A stretch of DNA of 64,000 nucleotides from a virus, in IMG/VR virus record IMGVR_UViG_3300000547_000002, positions 15,181 to 79,180 of that record; one strand, given 5' to 3'. Shown in pieces: positions 1 to 10,357 of the stretch. A program made the position numbers and the translations under genes. Below the pieces are notes generated by a model. The model was not told the DNA's origin and ran no database searches. It saw nothing but the letters and a program-made list of their open reading frames with translations. Positions within the stretch are counted from its first letter, which is position 1; each line of letters opens with the position of its first letter.

Positions 1-1370
1 TGAATTCCTCTTATACTATCTAACTCGGTGATGTATTCTCGAAAACCCTTTAATTCGTTTGACTTATCTTCCGCTTCCATATGATTCATTACAGCTTCCC
101 AGCGTTTCCAACCGTAAGGGTTATTCTTCCAAAAATCATCATCCTGTCTATAATTATTCCAAAGCCAGTCTTTAAATTCTCTATATCTTTCTCTTACTTC
201 TTGTTTATCTTCTTTCGGAAGACACTGAATACTTAAAAATGTAGGTATGTATAACAGGTGCATATTAACTAGGCCGCCGCCCATTTGCACACCGCCCGGA
301 ACTTTTGAAAAATTAAGTTTTTTGAAGCCAGACTCTACTTTCCATTTCATAAAATCAGGCAAATGTTTTACATTCAAAATTTGTATTGCAGTAGCAAGAC
401 TGGTTGTAATATTATCAGGAGTGTTGTCTAACATGTGTAAATTACGTTCCACCGTTGCCCATTCTGTAGGATACCTAATGTATTCATCTCTCTCATAACA
501 GGCATCCATAGATATGGCAAATTTAACCTTTTTAAAACGCGACCACATTTCGATTAAATCGTCATCTACTAATAAGCCGTTAGAATTATATCGTAATAGA
601 ATCTGATCTTCATAACCTTGGCGAAGTATTTCTTCTATAAACTGCTTATGCTCTTTTATCATCAGAGGCTCGCCGCCTGCAAAGTACACCTGTTTTAAAT
701 TAGGAATTTGTGCATTCATTTCTTCCCAAAACGAAGATTTTTCATGCCATTTATTGTCAAAGGAGGCAGCGTCAAACTGCATTTGACGTTTTACGTTCGA
801 ATCTTTTAGTTTGTTCATCAACTTTGAATGATCTTGCAACCAGCGAGACGAATCATGGGGAGAACACATAACACACTTGATATTGCAGGTATGTCCTAAT
901 CTTAAATCTAGATATTTCAGTTTTTCAGGAACTGATCCATCTTGTTCTGTCTGTCTGATTAATTCTGGTATATCTACATCATCGTAGTGCCAGGTGAGCG
1001 TTTCCCAAATTCTTTTAGAAACTACACCTTTAGATTCTTCATGAAAGCATTTTGTACAAGATTTAGGCACTTCACCTCTCATCATGCTTCGGCGAACACT
1101 TTTCATATAATCGTTATTCCAGGCACTCATAGGAGTATCTTCGCCAAAGTTAGCAGGGCGGCCGCTTTCATTTTTTACCAAACCTACTTCATGATCATTT
1201 CCTGCACCGCTAGCATTTGCCGAACAACAAAGTCTCATATCGCCGTTTGGTCTAGTAGCAAAATGTATCCAAGGCAATACACAATAAGTAGAAGATCCAG
1301 ATACCTGTTTTATCTTATCTTGTAAATCCACAATTTCTAAGTTTTTTAATTCTTCTGTTTTATCAGGCAT
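1..1370 (-). CDS. Radical SAM protein with N-terminal twitch/SPASM-like Cys region (runs off window start; absent from ORF track)
   Basis: Manual translation from ATG at 1370: MPDKTEELKN...YCVLPWIH...DMRLCC...SCTKCF...YLDLRLGHTCNIKCVMCSPHDSSRW...YFAGGEPL. Has the CxxxCxxC and GGEP motifs; start overlaps the stop of the 1363-1959 ORF. Confidence 0.9.
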   Translation of the reverse strand, partial: MPDKTEELKNLEIVDLQDKIKQVSGSSTYCVLPWIHFATRPNGDMRLCCSANASGAGNDHEVGLVKNESGRPANFGEDTPMSAWNNDYMKSVRRSMMRGEVPKSCTKCFHEESKGVVSKRIWETLTWHYDDVDIPELIRQTEQDGSVPEKLKYLDLRLGHTCNIKCVMCSPHDSSRWLQDHSKLMNKLKDSNVKRQMQFDAASFDNKWHEKSSFWEEMNAQIPNLKQVYFAGGEPLMIKEHKQFIEEILRQGYEDQILLRYNSNGLLVDDDLIEMWSRFKKVKFAISMDACYERDEYIRYPTEWATVERNLHMLDNTPDNITTSLATAIQILNVKHLPDFMKWKVESGFKKLNFSKVPGGVQMGGGLVNMHLLYIPTFLSIQCLPKEDKQEVRERYREFKDWLWNNYRQDDDFWKNNPYGWKRWEAVMNHMEAEDKSNELKGFREYITELDSIRGI

Positions 1371-1959
1371 GTCCTATAACCATAAATCTTTTATATTTTG
1401 GTGTAGTAAAAACATATTCTTGAAAAGTATTTAATTGTAAAATATCTGACAATTCCTTTACCGAGTTAACACAATTTATATGTTCCTCTAAACTAAAGAA
1501 ATCATTATTTTGTGCTGCAACTAACGTTCCCTGAGGAATGTTCTCTTTCCATATTCTTAAATTTGATTTTTTTATATGCTCAGTGCTTGTATTAATTACA
1601 ACATCTGCTTCCTTAGTATATTCACACATATCTGCTGTGACTGCAGAAAACCTTCCTTCCATTTCATATCTCTTGTTTATAGTATTTGCAATTTCTTTAC
1701 AAGTTGGGTCGATATCTACGCTGATGATATGCTCTACTTTTATTGAGCTATTAAAAAGAAGACTAGCTAAAACTCCGTTCCATCCTCCGTGAATCACAAT
1801 TTTATTAGGATTGTCGGCAACAAAGTGTTTTAACTTTTCTATCAGCCATAGTTTAGAATGGACTTGTCCTTTCCAAAAGCTTTCAAGGGTTCTGTATCTA
1901 TCCTCGGAGTTGCGAATAGCGTCCATCCAAAAAAGAACGTCTTCTATATCAACTTTCAT
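1363..1959 (-). CDS. Class I SAM-dependent methyltransferase-like protein
   Basis: Motif I-like IVIHGGWNG, acidic SVDID, then ADMCE and VINTSTEH. Confidence 0.7.
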   Translation of the reverse strand: MKVDIEDVLFWMDAIRNSEDRYRTLESFWKGQVHSKLWLIEKLKHFVADNPNKIVIHGGWNGVLASLLFNSSIKVEHIISVDIDPTCKEIANTINKRYEMEGRFSAVTADMCEYTKEADVVINTSTEHIKKSNLRIWKENIPQGTLVAAQNNDFFSLEEHINCVNSVKELSDILQLNTFQEYVFTTPKYKRFMVIGHA

Positions 1960-2944
1960 ACTTAGCCTTTGGTATTTTAGAATCTGCTGAACTTACGCAG
2001 GTAGATGTAATGCAAGGCATAGGTTTTTGAAACAATTCAAACCCATTGTCTATCGTACCGAGAGGTTCATCATGACAGGAATATGATCTTTTGATCTCTC
2101 CTCCTGGTTCTCTTACTATACAACTTTGATAACCTGCGCTACACTGCCAGCCATGAAATTTATTAAAATCGAATGCATTTAATCTCTCTGCTTGATCAAC
2201 ATCGTACCAATTTCCTTGATCGTCCTGCATAGCCATTTGATTTTGATATTCGCCGTCAATGTGCTGCGGAAATCCTGTTTGCATTTTGTCTATCTGTGCC
2301 TGAGTATAGTCTCCCACAATAAAACTTGCTGTAGGGTCGCTTTGAGGCTTTAGCGTGACGTTTATCCCCCGTTCTGCAAATCTAGAACACCTATCATAGT
2401 ATGCATCAAAAAATTCTGGCACCATTACTTGATTGATTGTTAGTAACACACCTCTCTTCATTAACTGCAGACACTTGTCACTGAATTCCTGTTCTTTTGC
2501 AAACTCTGCATGAAAACTTGCTGTGATACTTCTACGTTGAAGACACTCTGTAACATCTAACCACTCTGCCCACCATTTTGATCCCGGAGACAGATTTGTT
2601 GTCATGTGAATACTTTGGTAATCTGGATTAGGATCATCGGCATAATGCTCTACAAGTTTAAGAAAATGCTTGTATGCTGTAGGTTCGCCTCCTGAAAACG
2701 AAAAGTGAAAATTTGTAAAACCATTGTCTTCTGCTTGGGACTTAATTTCGTCCATTACTTCGCAATAGGTTTTCAAAGGACGATGATCAGGTTTTGACGA
2801 TCTAGCATATGGCCAACAATATGAACAAGAGTAATTACAAAAACGGGCTAGGATCCAAGACACGCTAAAGAGGTCAGTGTTCAAAAGAGTTTTTTGTCCT
2901 AGTTTTACTATCCTATCAAAGGGAATATGCTGAAAATTATACAT
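1949..2944 (-). CDS. Radical SAM protein with C-terminal twitch/SPASM-like Cys motif
   Basis: CNYSCSYC, FSGGEPT, C-terminal C..AG...SC...PC...C. Likely start MYNFQ at 2944, overlapping the upstream stop. Confidence 0.9.
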   Translation of the reverse strand: MYNFQHIPFDRIVKLGQKTLLNTDLFSVSWILARFCNYSCSYCWPYARSSKPDHRPLKTYCEVMDEIKSQAEDNGFTNFHFSFSGGEPTAYKHFLKLVEHYADDPNPDYQSIHMTTNLSPGSKWWAEWLDVTECLQRRSITASFHAEFAKEQEFSDKCLQLMKRGVLLTINQVMVPEFFDAYYDRCSRFAERGINVTLKPQSDPTASFIVGDYTQAQIDKMQTGFPQHIDGEYQNQMAMQDDQGNWYDVDQAERLNAFDFNKFHGWQCSAGYQSCIVREPGGEIKRSYSCHDEPLGTIDNGFELFQKPMPCITSTCVSSADSKIPKAKYES

Positions 2945-4004
2945 ACTTCCCAACATCATAAATCATTGTAGAACATTGTCTTGCGCATGTAAAACATTTA
3001 TTTTCTCCTTGCCAGTAAGAAGGTAATTCATCCCATAAAACATCGTTATTATAAAAAATTTTATCTTTACAATTTGGTACACCTATATCATTTAGAATCT
3101 GCTTGGTTTGTTCCACCGTTATATTACGTAGAAAATGTATAGGAAGTCTTTCTTCAATTGGACTTTCTAGATATTCTCCTGCAAGCCAACAGCACGGAAA
3201 AATATTACCATAAGGATCTACATATATAGATTTATCTGTTTTACACTTAGGTTGAATTACAGAATCCTGTATTGCTTTTTTTCTGACATCTTTGTTAAGC
3301 AGAGTATTTAATTCGTAGTTAGGATTCATTTTATATTGATTTTGTTTAGCAGGCTTCAGATAATATTCGAAATTTCCTGCTTTATCAATTACTTCAAATT
3401 TTTTCATTTCGTAAAAACGAGTCGTTCGTACAAAATTAACCGAATGGACTCCTAAATCTAACAAGTATTCTTCTAATTCAAAGATGTCTTGCTCGTTATG
3501 TTCAAATACAAGACTATCAACTCTTGCTTTCCCACCGGCCTCTATGAAAGCTGTCATATTTTCTATTACTTTATCGAAATCTGTATTTCTCCTATATAAT
3601 TCGTGTTTACCTTTGAATCCATCAACAGCGAAAATAACTTCAGAATTGGATTGCGTGCCTATAACTTTTGCAAACTTATCCCACCATTTTTTATTTCTCA
3701 TCCCGCCGTTAGTATGTATAGCTAACCTAGTATTTGGATTGCATTGTCTAACGTAATCATATATTTCTAAACAATCTCTAGCAAAAGCTGGATCACCGTA
3801 GTTGCCACAACTATAAAAATTTCTTATTTGGCTTAAGAAACTGCTGGGAAACCAATTTTTAAATTCTTCTAATGATATATCACCGCCTTTTATAAAAGGT
3901 CGTAAGGGACCACCATGAAAATTCCTAGCACACATAGGACATTGCGCTTGACATTTGTCTGTTAATTCTATGTGGATTTCAGAAATTTCTTTTACGTTAA
4001 TCAT
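2937..4004 (-). CDS. Radical SAM/SPASM-domain protein
   Basis: CQAQCPMC, GNYGDP, HTNGG, SPASM-like YVDPYGNIFPCCW and CFTCARQC. Confidence 0.9.
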   Translation of the reverse strand: MINVKEISEIHIELTDKCQAQCPMCARNFHGGPLRPFIKGGDISLEEFKNWFPSSFLSQIRNFYSCGNYGDPAFARDCLEIYDYVRQCNPNTRLAIHTNGGMRNKKWWDKFAKVIGTQSNSEVIFAVDGFKGKHELYRRNTDFDKVIENMTAFIEAGGKARVDSLVFEHNEQDIFELEEYLLDLGVHSVNFVRTTRFYEMKKFEVIDKAGNFEYYLKPAKQNQYKMNPNYELNTLLNKDVRKKAIQDSVIQPKCKTDKSIYVDPYGNIFPCCWLAGEYLESPIEERLPIHFLRNITVEQTKQILNDIGVPNCKDKIFYNNDVLWDELPSYWQGENKCFTCARQCSTMIYDVGKYV

Positions 4005-4671
4005 TGTAAATTGTTTTTAACCAATCAAAATCATTTATTTTGAATAGTTCTTCTAAATTGTTTTTATTTTGTTCGCCGAACTTCTTCCCTGCCTTTGCAC
4101 CCTTTATTGTGTCAATACCAAATGGTCTATTTGTTCCTTTGTTACACCAGATATCAAGTCTCTCTGCTGTTTCAATGTCCTGCTGCCTATCTATAATCCG
4201 ACTTGCTAATTTAGCACACTCTCTAAATCCGCTTTTCCAGGCATTAAAAGAATCGGTGTTGAATGCTGTAATATTTGATACTTCTTTTATTGCTTTAAAA
4301 TTAAAACTTATTGAAGTTGTCATGTCAGGTTTAGAAGTATCCATTTTTTTGGTTAATCGAGTAGGCAATAATTTTACGCCTCCGTAACCATAAATCAAAT
4401 CATTTACAGGATTTTTAGATCGCCAAACATGGACAGTTTCTAAATTATATTCGTCTACTTCATAATCAAAAGAAAAATCATCTAGAAGTTCAGCATCTGC
4501 GTCTACTACCCAGAACATTTTTGTGAAACACTTTTTTGCTGCTTGAATGTGGGCTTGATGTATTCCGTCTACACCGTCAATTCTTTTTGCAGAAGGGTAT
4601 CTTGATTTCAATAAGTCCCAATTTTTATCTGCGTTTGGTTCATTATACGAAATAAAAACAATATCATACAT
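3997..4671 (-). CDS. GT-A fold glycosyltransferase-like protein
   Basis: DxD motif (WVVDADA) after an N-terminal beta strand; paralog of 13710-14612 (shared FISYxEPNA, YGxGGxKL, FxAWxxGFRE). Confidence 0.65.
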   Translation of the reverse strand: MYDIVFISYNEPNADKNWDLLKSRYPSAKRIDGVDGIHQAHIQAAKKCFTKMFWVVDADAELLDDFSFDYEVDEYNLETVHVWRSKNPVNDLIYGYGGVKLLPTRLTKKMDTSKPDMTTSISFNFKAIKEVSNITAFNTDSFNAWKSGFRECAKLASRIIDRQQDIETAERLDIWCNKGTNRPFGIDTIKGAKAGKKFGEQNKNNLEELFKINDFDWLKTIYND

Positions 4672-4689
4672 TGTATTATGTTATATAAA

Positions 4690-5466
4690 TCATAGTAATT
4701 TGTCAACCAAAGGAGAAAGTTTGTCTGCGACTTGTCTATGTATATCAGGACCGTCGTGCATTAAATCTCTCGCACGCCCTGTGTCGATAGTATCTATAAT
4801 ATGTAGGTCTTGGTACTGCCTATCAAAATCGCCTTCCCAAGTCCAGTTTAATACAGGGACTCCCACATGTTGCCATAACATATTTGCAGAAAAATAACAA
4901 TTATAGTTATTTGCTATCATTTCTCCTTTTTCTATGCAATATCTTTTCAAAAACCAATCAGTATCTTTTTTTTGATATTTTGTAGTTACATTGTAATGTT
5001 TGAAAACGACTGAATTAGATTTTTCATAAGCAAAACTTTTTCTAAAAGTTTGAGGCCATTGATAAATTACAAGCGAAGGAACAGGATATGCGTTTTTAAT
5101 CCACTGCAAGCTATTAAAATACTGGATGTCAGGACCTGTGCCTGCTTTTCCTAGGTTTAAAAAATCTATACCTTTAGGATTTAGTAATTGAGAACACCAA
5201 ATATGTTCTTCAAAATTTCCTACTCCTTCTGTGTGCGAGCATCCAAAAACTAAAACAAATTGTTTATCTAGATTCTTTATTTCTTTTGTTCTATATCCCT
5301 CTTGATTAAATTCATAAATTATATCATCTTCTAGATATATAGGATTTACATTTTTTTTATGCCTTAAAAAAATATCATATTCTTCTGAATCCCAGCCTTT
5401 TAAACAAGCATTCTTTCTTTCTTTGTCTATTAATATTTCTTTCTCATTAAATTCAAGATCAGGCAT
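4690..5466 (-). CDS. SGNH/GDSL-like hydrolase or acyltransferase
   Basis: Block I FGCSHTEG, block II NLGKAG, C-terminal DxxH (DLMH). Confidence 0.6.
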   Translation of the reverse strand: MPDLEFNEKEILIDKERKNACLKGWDSEEYDIFLRHKKNVNPIYLEDDIIYEFNQEGYRTKEIKNLDKQFVLVFGCSHTEGVGNFEEHIWCSQLLNPKGIDFLNLGKAGTGPDIQYFNSLQWIKNAYPVPSLVIYQWPQTFRKSFAYEKSNSVVFKHYNVTTKYQKKDTDWFLKRYCIEKGEMIANNYNCYFSANMLWQHVGVPVLNWTWEGDFDRQYQDLHIIDTIDTGRARDLMHDGPDIHRQVADKLSPLVDKLL

Positions 5467-6682
5467 TTCTAGTATTTCCGTAATGAATTACCTTGCTTAC
5501 AGAACTTGTAAATTTTCTCCACGGATCGATTACAATGCTTTCAGGAGGTATAACGCAATAAATTTCATCTTGAGATTTATCTTTGGTATAATCATATGTA
5601 ATACTAGCAGAATGTGCCATTAAAAATACGCCAGGTTCTTGAGGTTGATACAAATCTCCTGTATAAGGATCAATGTAGGTAGGTGTAATTCCCATCTGTT
5701 GTAAATAGTATCCGATTAGAAGAGAATAGGAACCGTCTGTATAAGGCACTTTTGGTTTATAAGATTTGCCGTGAATATATACAGGCATGTCGTTTTCTTC
5801 TGCTAACCTGTGTAATTCTTTTGCAATATTTTCTGCCTGTACTTCTCTTGCTCGCATAATTGAGTCAAAAAGATCGTAGCCTAGGTCTAGTTCTTGGGCC
5901 ATGTATCTTAGTGCAATATTATCTCTTGGGTGACAGGATCCACCGTCCCCCATTCCTGCTGTCATATATTGTGGGCTCATTATTCTCTTAGAAGAATGTG
6001 CAAGTGCATTTGTTACAACATCAACATTAATATTGCCCTGCTTTTGTGCGACGTCTTGAATCATGTTTACAAGAGAAATTTTTGCAGAAATAAATGTGTT
6101 ATAGAAAACCTTAATACACTCGCACTCGTCATATGTGCCTACAACATAACGTGGGTTATTTTCCATTATAGTGTCATAAAAGTCTCGTAGCCGCTTTGCA
6201 TCTCCTGTTTCGGTGCCGTCTTCTGTTCCTATCATTACCATTTCAGGATTTACCATATCCCATGCTACTGAACCCATTGCTATTAAATACGGATTATAAA
6301 CAAATCTTGTGTTGTTGACAAGTGGTACAAATTCTCTTCTTGTAGTACCTGGCAGTACTGTAGAAATCAAAACCAAAAGCTGATTCTCGTTCATATGTTT
6401 ATCGGCTTCTTGTAATACCTGTTTTACAACATCGTAAGAGAAGTCCTTTGGAGGTAAATGGCAAGTAGGATGTTTTCCGTCGTAGTCGGAATTATGAGGT
6501 GTGGGCACAGCTACAAACACAATGTCGCAGTTTTGCACACAATCTTTAATAGATGTTTCAAATTCTACTAGATCACTAGGTAAAGGTTCTAAATCATATC
6601 CTTTTACAGTATGGCCTTTTTTAACAATTTCCTCAGCACAAGGCAAGCCTAACTTGCCTACTCCAATGTATCCAATCTGCAT
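5459..6682 (-). CDS. UDP-glucose/GDP-mannose dehydrogenase family protein
   Basis: GVGKLG Rossmann motif, FVAVPTP, STVLPGT, KVFYNTF, catalytic GGSCHPRD. Confidence 0.92.
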   Translation of the reverse strand: MQIGYIGVGKLGLPCAEEIVKKGHTVKGYDLEPLPSDLVEFETSIKDCVQNCDIVFVAVPTPHNSDYDGKHPTCHLPPKDFSYDVVKQVLQEADKHMNENQLLVLISTVLPGTTRREFVPLVNNTRFVYNPYLIAMGSVAWDMVNPEMVMIGTEDGTETGDAKRLRDFYDTIMENNPRYVVGTYDECECIKVFYNTFISAKISLVNMIQDVAQKQGNINVDVVTNALAHSSKRIMSPQYMTAGMGDGGSCHPRDNIALRYMAQELDLGYDLFDSIMRAREVQAENIAKELHRLAEENDMPVYIHGKSYKPKVPYTDGSYSLLIGYYLQQMGITPTYIDPYTGDLYQPQEPGVFLMAHSASITYDYTKDKSQDEIYCVIPPESIVIDPWRKFTSSVSKVIHYGNTRNA

Positions 6683-6912
6683 ACAGCGTCCTTTATAAGT
6701 TTATTAACGTATTTAAAATTCCAAGCTATTTCAGAGATGCCTTCTTGATTCCTTACAATTCCTAGGGCATATTTTTGTTGTATTTGAATTTAAGTTTTTT
6801 ATTTTTTTGAGACTATAGATTGTATAGTTCTTGTCCTAATTTTTCTTCTGCCCATCCGTGATATATTTTCAAAGTCATAATTTTTTCTATATCTTTAGGA
6901 TATATATTTACA

Positions 6913-7500
6913 ATGTCTTTTGAAAATATTGCTAAACTAGAAAGTAAGATTGCTGACTTTTTTAGATCTGAGTATGCGGTAGCAACAGATTGTTGCACAC
7001 ATGCTATAGAACTTTGTTTGCGGTATACAAATGCAAAAAAAGCAGTATCACCTTTTCATACTTATATTTCGATTCCTTTTACATTCGAAAAACTAGAAAT
7101 AGAATGGAGTTTTGTCAGTCTGAAATGGAACGACTATTATTACATAACAGATAGAATTATTGATGCCGCTGTTTACTGGAAAGAAAATGGTTATATAAAA
7201 AATACTTTTATGTGTTTAAGCTTTCAATACAAAAAGCATTTTAGTTTAGGTCGGGGCGGGGCTATATTAACAGATAATTATAATGATTATGTTGAACTTA
7301 AAAAAATGAGTTACGATGGTAGAATTCCTCAAATACCTTGGGCAGAACAAAATATAAAGTCTATAGGATACCACTATTACATGACACCCGAAACCGCAGA
7401 ATTGGGTCTACAAAAAATAGATGATGCTTGTCAGATACCGCCAAATCTTTGGAGTTATAAAGATTATCCTGATCTTTCCACTATGGATGTATTTAAATGA
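6913..7500 (+). CDS. Short DegT/DnrJ/EryC1/StrS-family PLP aminotransferase
   Basis: AVATDCCTHAIEL, IIDAA, SFQYKKH...GRGGAI, GYHYYM. Only 195 aa. Confidence 0.85.
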   Translation: MSFENIAKLESKIADFFRSEYAVATDCCTHAIELCLRYTNAKKAVSPFHTYISIPFTFEKLEIEWSFVSLKWNDYYYITDRIIDAAVYWKENGYIKNTFMCLSFQYKKHFSLGRGGAILTDNYNDYVELKKMSYDGRIPQIPWAEQNIKSIGYHYYMTPETAELGLQKIDDACQIPPNLWSYKDYPDLSTMDVFK

Positions 7501-7727
7501 AAATTATAACCTTCGGAGACAGTTGGGCAGTCGGACATGGATTAGGAATAGGCGAAAACAACTTTACAGATTTTTTAAGCTCTGCTCTAAATTGCGATAA
7601 TAAAAATTTTGGAGTAAGTGGCGCTAGCTTGGGTCATATTTTTCGCGATTTTACTAGAGAGATAAAACTAATTAACGGACACAAACTTATAGCTAACCTG
7701 TTATTGGAAAAATATGAGAAATTGTAA
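7497..7727 (+). pseudogene. Internally deleted SGNH-hydrolase remnant (76 aa)
   Basis: FGDSW and NFGVSGAS blocks joined directly to a C-terminal NGHKLIA-type helix; block III and DxxH are missing. Confidence 0.55.
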
Positions 7728-8682
7728 CGAATGGGGATCACTTAAAAAAGTTATTGTAGGTATATCGGACAATGCAAAAATGCCGTCTGTAGATATTTCA
7801 GTAAGGACTGTAAATCATGCAGATAAATCGGATAAAAAATCTATTATAAAAGGAAATTACCCCCAAAAAGTATTAGAAGAAGCAGCCGAAGACCTTGAAA
7901 TTTTTTGTGATTTTTTAAAATCTCAAAATATTGAAGTTTGCAGGCCTAGTGATAATAATCCAAAATATTATAATTATTGTCCTAGAGATAGTGTATTTGT
8001 ATACAATGACAAATCATATGCCACACCTATGCCTATGATATGCAGACAAAAAGAATACACTGCATTTCAAAAATACTGCAAAAATTTAACAGTGTTAGAT
8101 TGTTATGTAGATAACGACTTATACAATCTAAATTGTATAGGTAATCCTAATATTCTGGCATTAAATGAAATAGCACCGTCCTTTGATGCTGCAAACATTA
8201 TAAGGGCAAACAAAGATATATTATATCTAGTTAGTAATAGTGGAAATAAAAAAGGTGCAGAATTATTACAAGATTTATTAGGCGCAGAAGTCGAAGTACA
8301 TACACTAGAAAATGTTTACTCGTACATGCATATTGATTCAACAATTGCTTTTCTCAGAGAAGGTTTACTATTAGCAAATCCAGAAAGAATTAAGGATAAA
8401 AGCTTTTTGCCAAAACCTTTTTGCAATTGGGATATAATTTGGTGTCCAGAACCTTATGATATAGGACATTATCCTAATATCTGCAATGCGAGTACTTGGA
8501 TAAATATGAATCTATTTTCCATAAATGCTAAACTTGTTGTTTTGGAAGAACATCAACATAGTTTAAGAAAAGAATTAGAAAAAAAAGGGATTGACTGTGC
8601 AATGCTGCCGATGAGACATCAAAGGACACTAGGCGGCGGCTTTCACTGTGTAACATTAGACATTGAGAGAGAAAAAGAATGA
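7714..8682 (+). CDS. Amidinotransferase (glycine / inosamine-phosphate amidinotransferase family)
   Basis: NEWGSLKKVIVG, NYCPRD, FDAAN (Asp), MHIDST (His), LGGGFHCVTLD (Cys): complete catalytic triad. Confidence 0.92.
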   Translation: MRNCNEWGSLKKVIVGISDNAKMPSVDISVRTVNHADKSDKKSIIKGNYPQKVLEEAAEDLEIFCDFLKSQNIEVCRPSDNNPKYYNYCPRDSVFVYNDKSYATPMPMICRQKEYTAFQKYCKNLTVLDCYVDNDLYNLNCIGNPNILALNEIAPSFDAANIIRANKDILYLVSNSGNKKGAELLQDLLGAEVEVHTLENVYSYMHIDSTIAFLREGLLLANPERIKDKSFLPKPFCNWDIIWCPEPYDIGHYPNICNASTWINMNLFSINAKLVVLEEHQHSLRKELEKKGIDCAMLPMRHQRTLGGGFHCVTLDIEREKE

Positions 8683-9176
8683 CTATAAAAACCGGAAAGC
8701 TAGAAAATATATACTGGAACGACAGTTTTAAAAGTTTCGATTACATAAAGCAACCTGTAAGTGAAGAAGAAATCACAAAGTGGAGAGAAGCAGGATATAA
8801 TCATAAAAGCTTCACCGGAGAAATGTATGATAGTAAAAACCCAATGCCGGACTACGCTGATAAAATTGCTAAGGACTTGGGATTAAAAAATTGCGGTTTT
8901 GTTTTTTACAGAATGAATACTAATGACATAATGCCTACGCATGTAGATCACTTTTCTCGTTACTGTGAAATTTTTAACGTTGACAGATATGATGTATTTA
9001 GAGCGGTAGTTTTTTTAGAAGATTGGAAAATAGGACATTATTTTGACATAGGAAATAGGGCAATAATGAATTATACCGCAGGTGAATGGATCATGTGGAG
9101 CTGTGACGAACCTCACTTTGCAGCTAACATAGGAACAGAGCCTAGATATACTCTGCAAATTACAGGAATTTTGTAA
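8679..9176 (+). CDS. Fe(II)/2-oxoglutarate oxygenase-like cupin protein
   Basis: HxD (HVD), distal His (PHFAAN) and RYTLQIT. Confidence 0.65.
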   Translation: MTIKTGKLENIYWNDSFKSFDYIKQPVSEEEITKWREAGYNHKSFTGEMYDSKNPMPDYADKIAKDLGLKNCGFVFYRMNTNDIMPTHVDHFSRYCEIFNVDRYDVFRAVVFLEDWKIGHYFDIGNRAIMNYTAGEWIMWSCDEPHFAANIGTEPRYTLQITGIL

Positions 9177-10357
9177 TGGATTTTGTTCAAGACATATACT
9201 GGAACAATCTTCCCTCTAAAATATTAAAAAGTAAGAAAAAAAGTCATATTCTTAATAATTTAATAAAAAACACGTTCCTAAATTCAATCAAAGAACCGTT
9301 TTTTTTGTTTACAGGAACCAATGATATAGATTTTTCTTTTTTGTCTAAGGATACAAAAATATTAAAAAAACTTTCTAAAAGAAAAATAAAATTTTTTTTA
9401 TACGAACCGGTATCATATTATTTTGAAGGTTATAATTTTAATTTAGGCTACTATTCTGAATTTCATTCAGCTCATAATAATTCAAAGAAATTAAGAGCAG
9501 AAGAATTAGATTACCTTAACGAATTAGGAAAAAAAATAAACGGAATTGTAGTTAATCATGGGGATTATGGTTTACAAAAGTTTTTAGGAGAGAAGTACCC
9601 TTATATCACTTTTAAATGCAGAGACATTTTTATCAGGCAAGCTGCCTTAAGCTATATGCCTTTAGATACAGAATTTATTCCAAAAATAACCAAAAGATTT
9701 TGGTGCGGCAACGGAAGATACACCATCCATAGGCACATTATAATGTGCTACTTAGCAGATAAATTAGGAAATTATAGCTGGTGGTTTAAGGGAAACACTG
9801 ATTGGGAATCTGTCATTGATTGGATAGAAGATTTACCTAGAGAATACCTTAAAAAAAATAATAAAATACTTAACGATAACAATTGGGAGTTAGATTTTTG
9901 CTCAGATAAAATCAATATAGATGAAAAACACTCTTTATATCTGCCCGAAGGACCATTTTCTCAGCCTAACATAAAATACAAAAAAACTTTTGACGAATGT
10001 TTTGTGTGTATTATAAATGAAACTCGCTTTGCTCAACCTACTGCTAACTTTTCAGAAAAAGTAATAGATGCTATTAACTATAGAAAACCTTTTATTGTAG
10101 TGGCACCGCCTAAAACTTTAGAATACATAAGAAAACTAGGTTTCAAAACTTTTTCTAACTATTGGGATGAGTCATATGACCAAATTGAAAATCATAACGA
10201 TCGAATGTTAGCTATTTTTAAACTAATAGACGAAATAAATTCTAAAAGTTTGAATGAACTTAATGACCTAAATGTAAACATGCAAGAATTATTAGAGCAT
10301 AATAGGAATCTAGTAAAAAAACTACCAAAAAATAATACAGTCATAAATGATAATTAA
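9176..10357 (+). CDS. Putative glycosyltransferase (GT10-like C-terminal motif)
   Basis: IINETRF...FSEKVIDAI...KPFIV...LGFKTF...DESYD resembles the GT10 ENS..Y.TEK motif; paralog of the next gene. Confidence 0.5.
   Translation: MDFVQDIYWNNLPSKILKSKKKSHILNNLIKNTFLNSIKEPFFLFTGTNDIDFSFLSKDTKILKKLSKRKIKFFLYEPVSYYFEGYNFNLGYYSEFHSAHNNSKKLRAEELDYLNELGKKINGIVVNHGDYGLQKFLGEKYPYITFKCRDIFIRQAALSYMPLDTEFIPKITKRFWCGNGRYTIHRHIIMCYLADKLGNYSWWFKGNTDWESVIDWIEDLPREYLKKNNKILNDNNWELDFCSDKINIDEKHSLYLPEGPFSQPNIKYKKTFDECFVCIINETRFAQPTANFSEKVIDAINYRKPFIVVAPPKTLEYIRKLGFKTFSNYWDESYDQIENHNDRMLAIFKLIDEINSKSLNELNDLNVNMQELLEHNRNLVKKLPKNNTVINDN

Noticed and set aside
6683-6998. Short minus-strand ORF pieces (MTLKIYHGWAEE...) in the divergent gap; possible pseudogene or TAG readthrough
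   Set aside because: Several stops in all frames and no recognisable family; TAG is a normal stop elsewhere in the window, so recoding is not supported.
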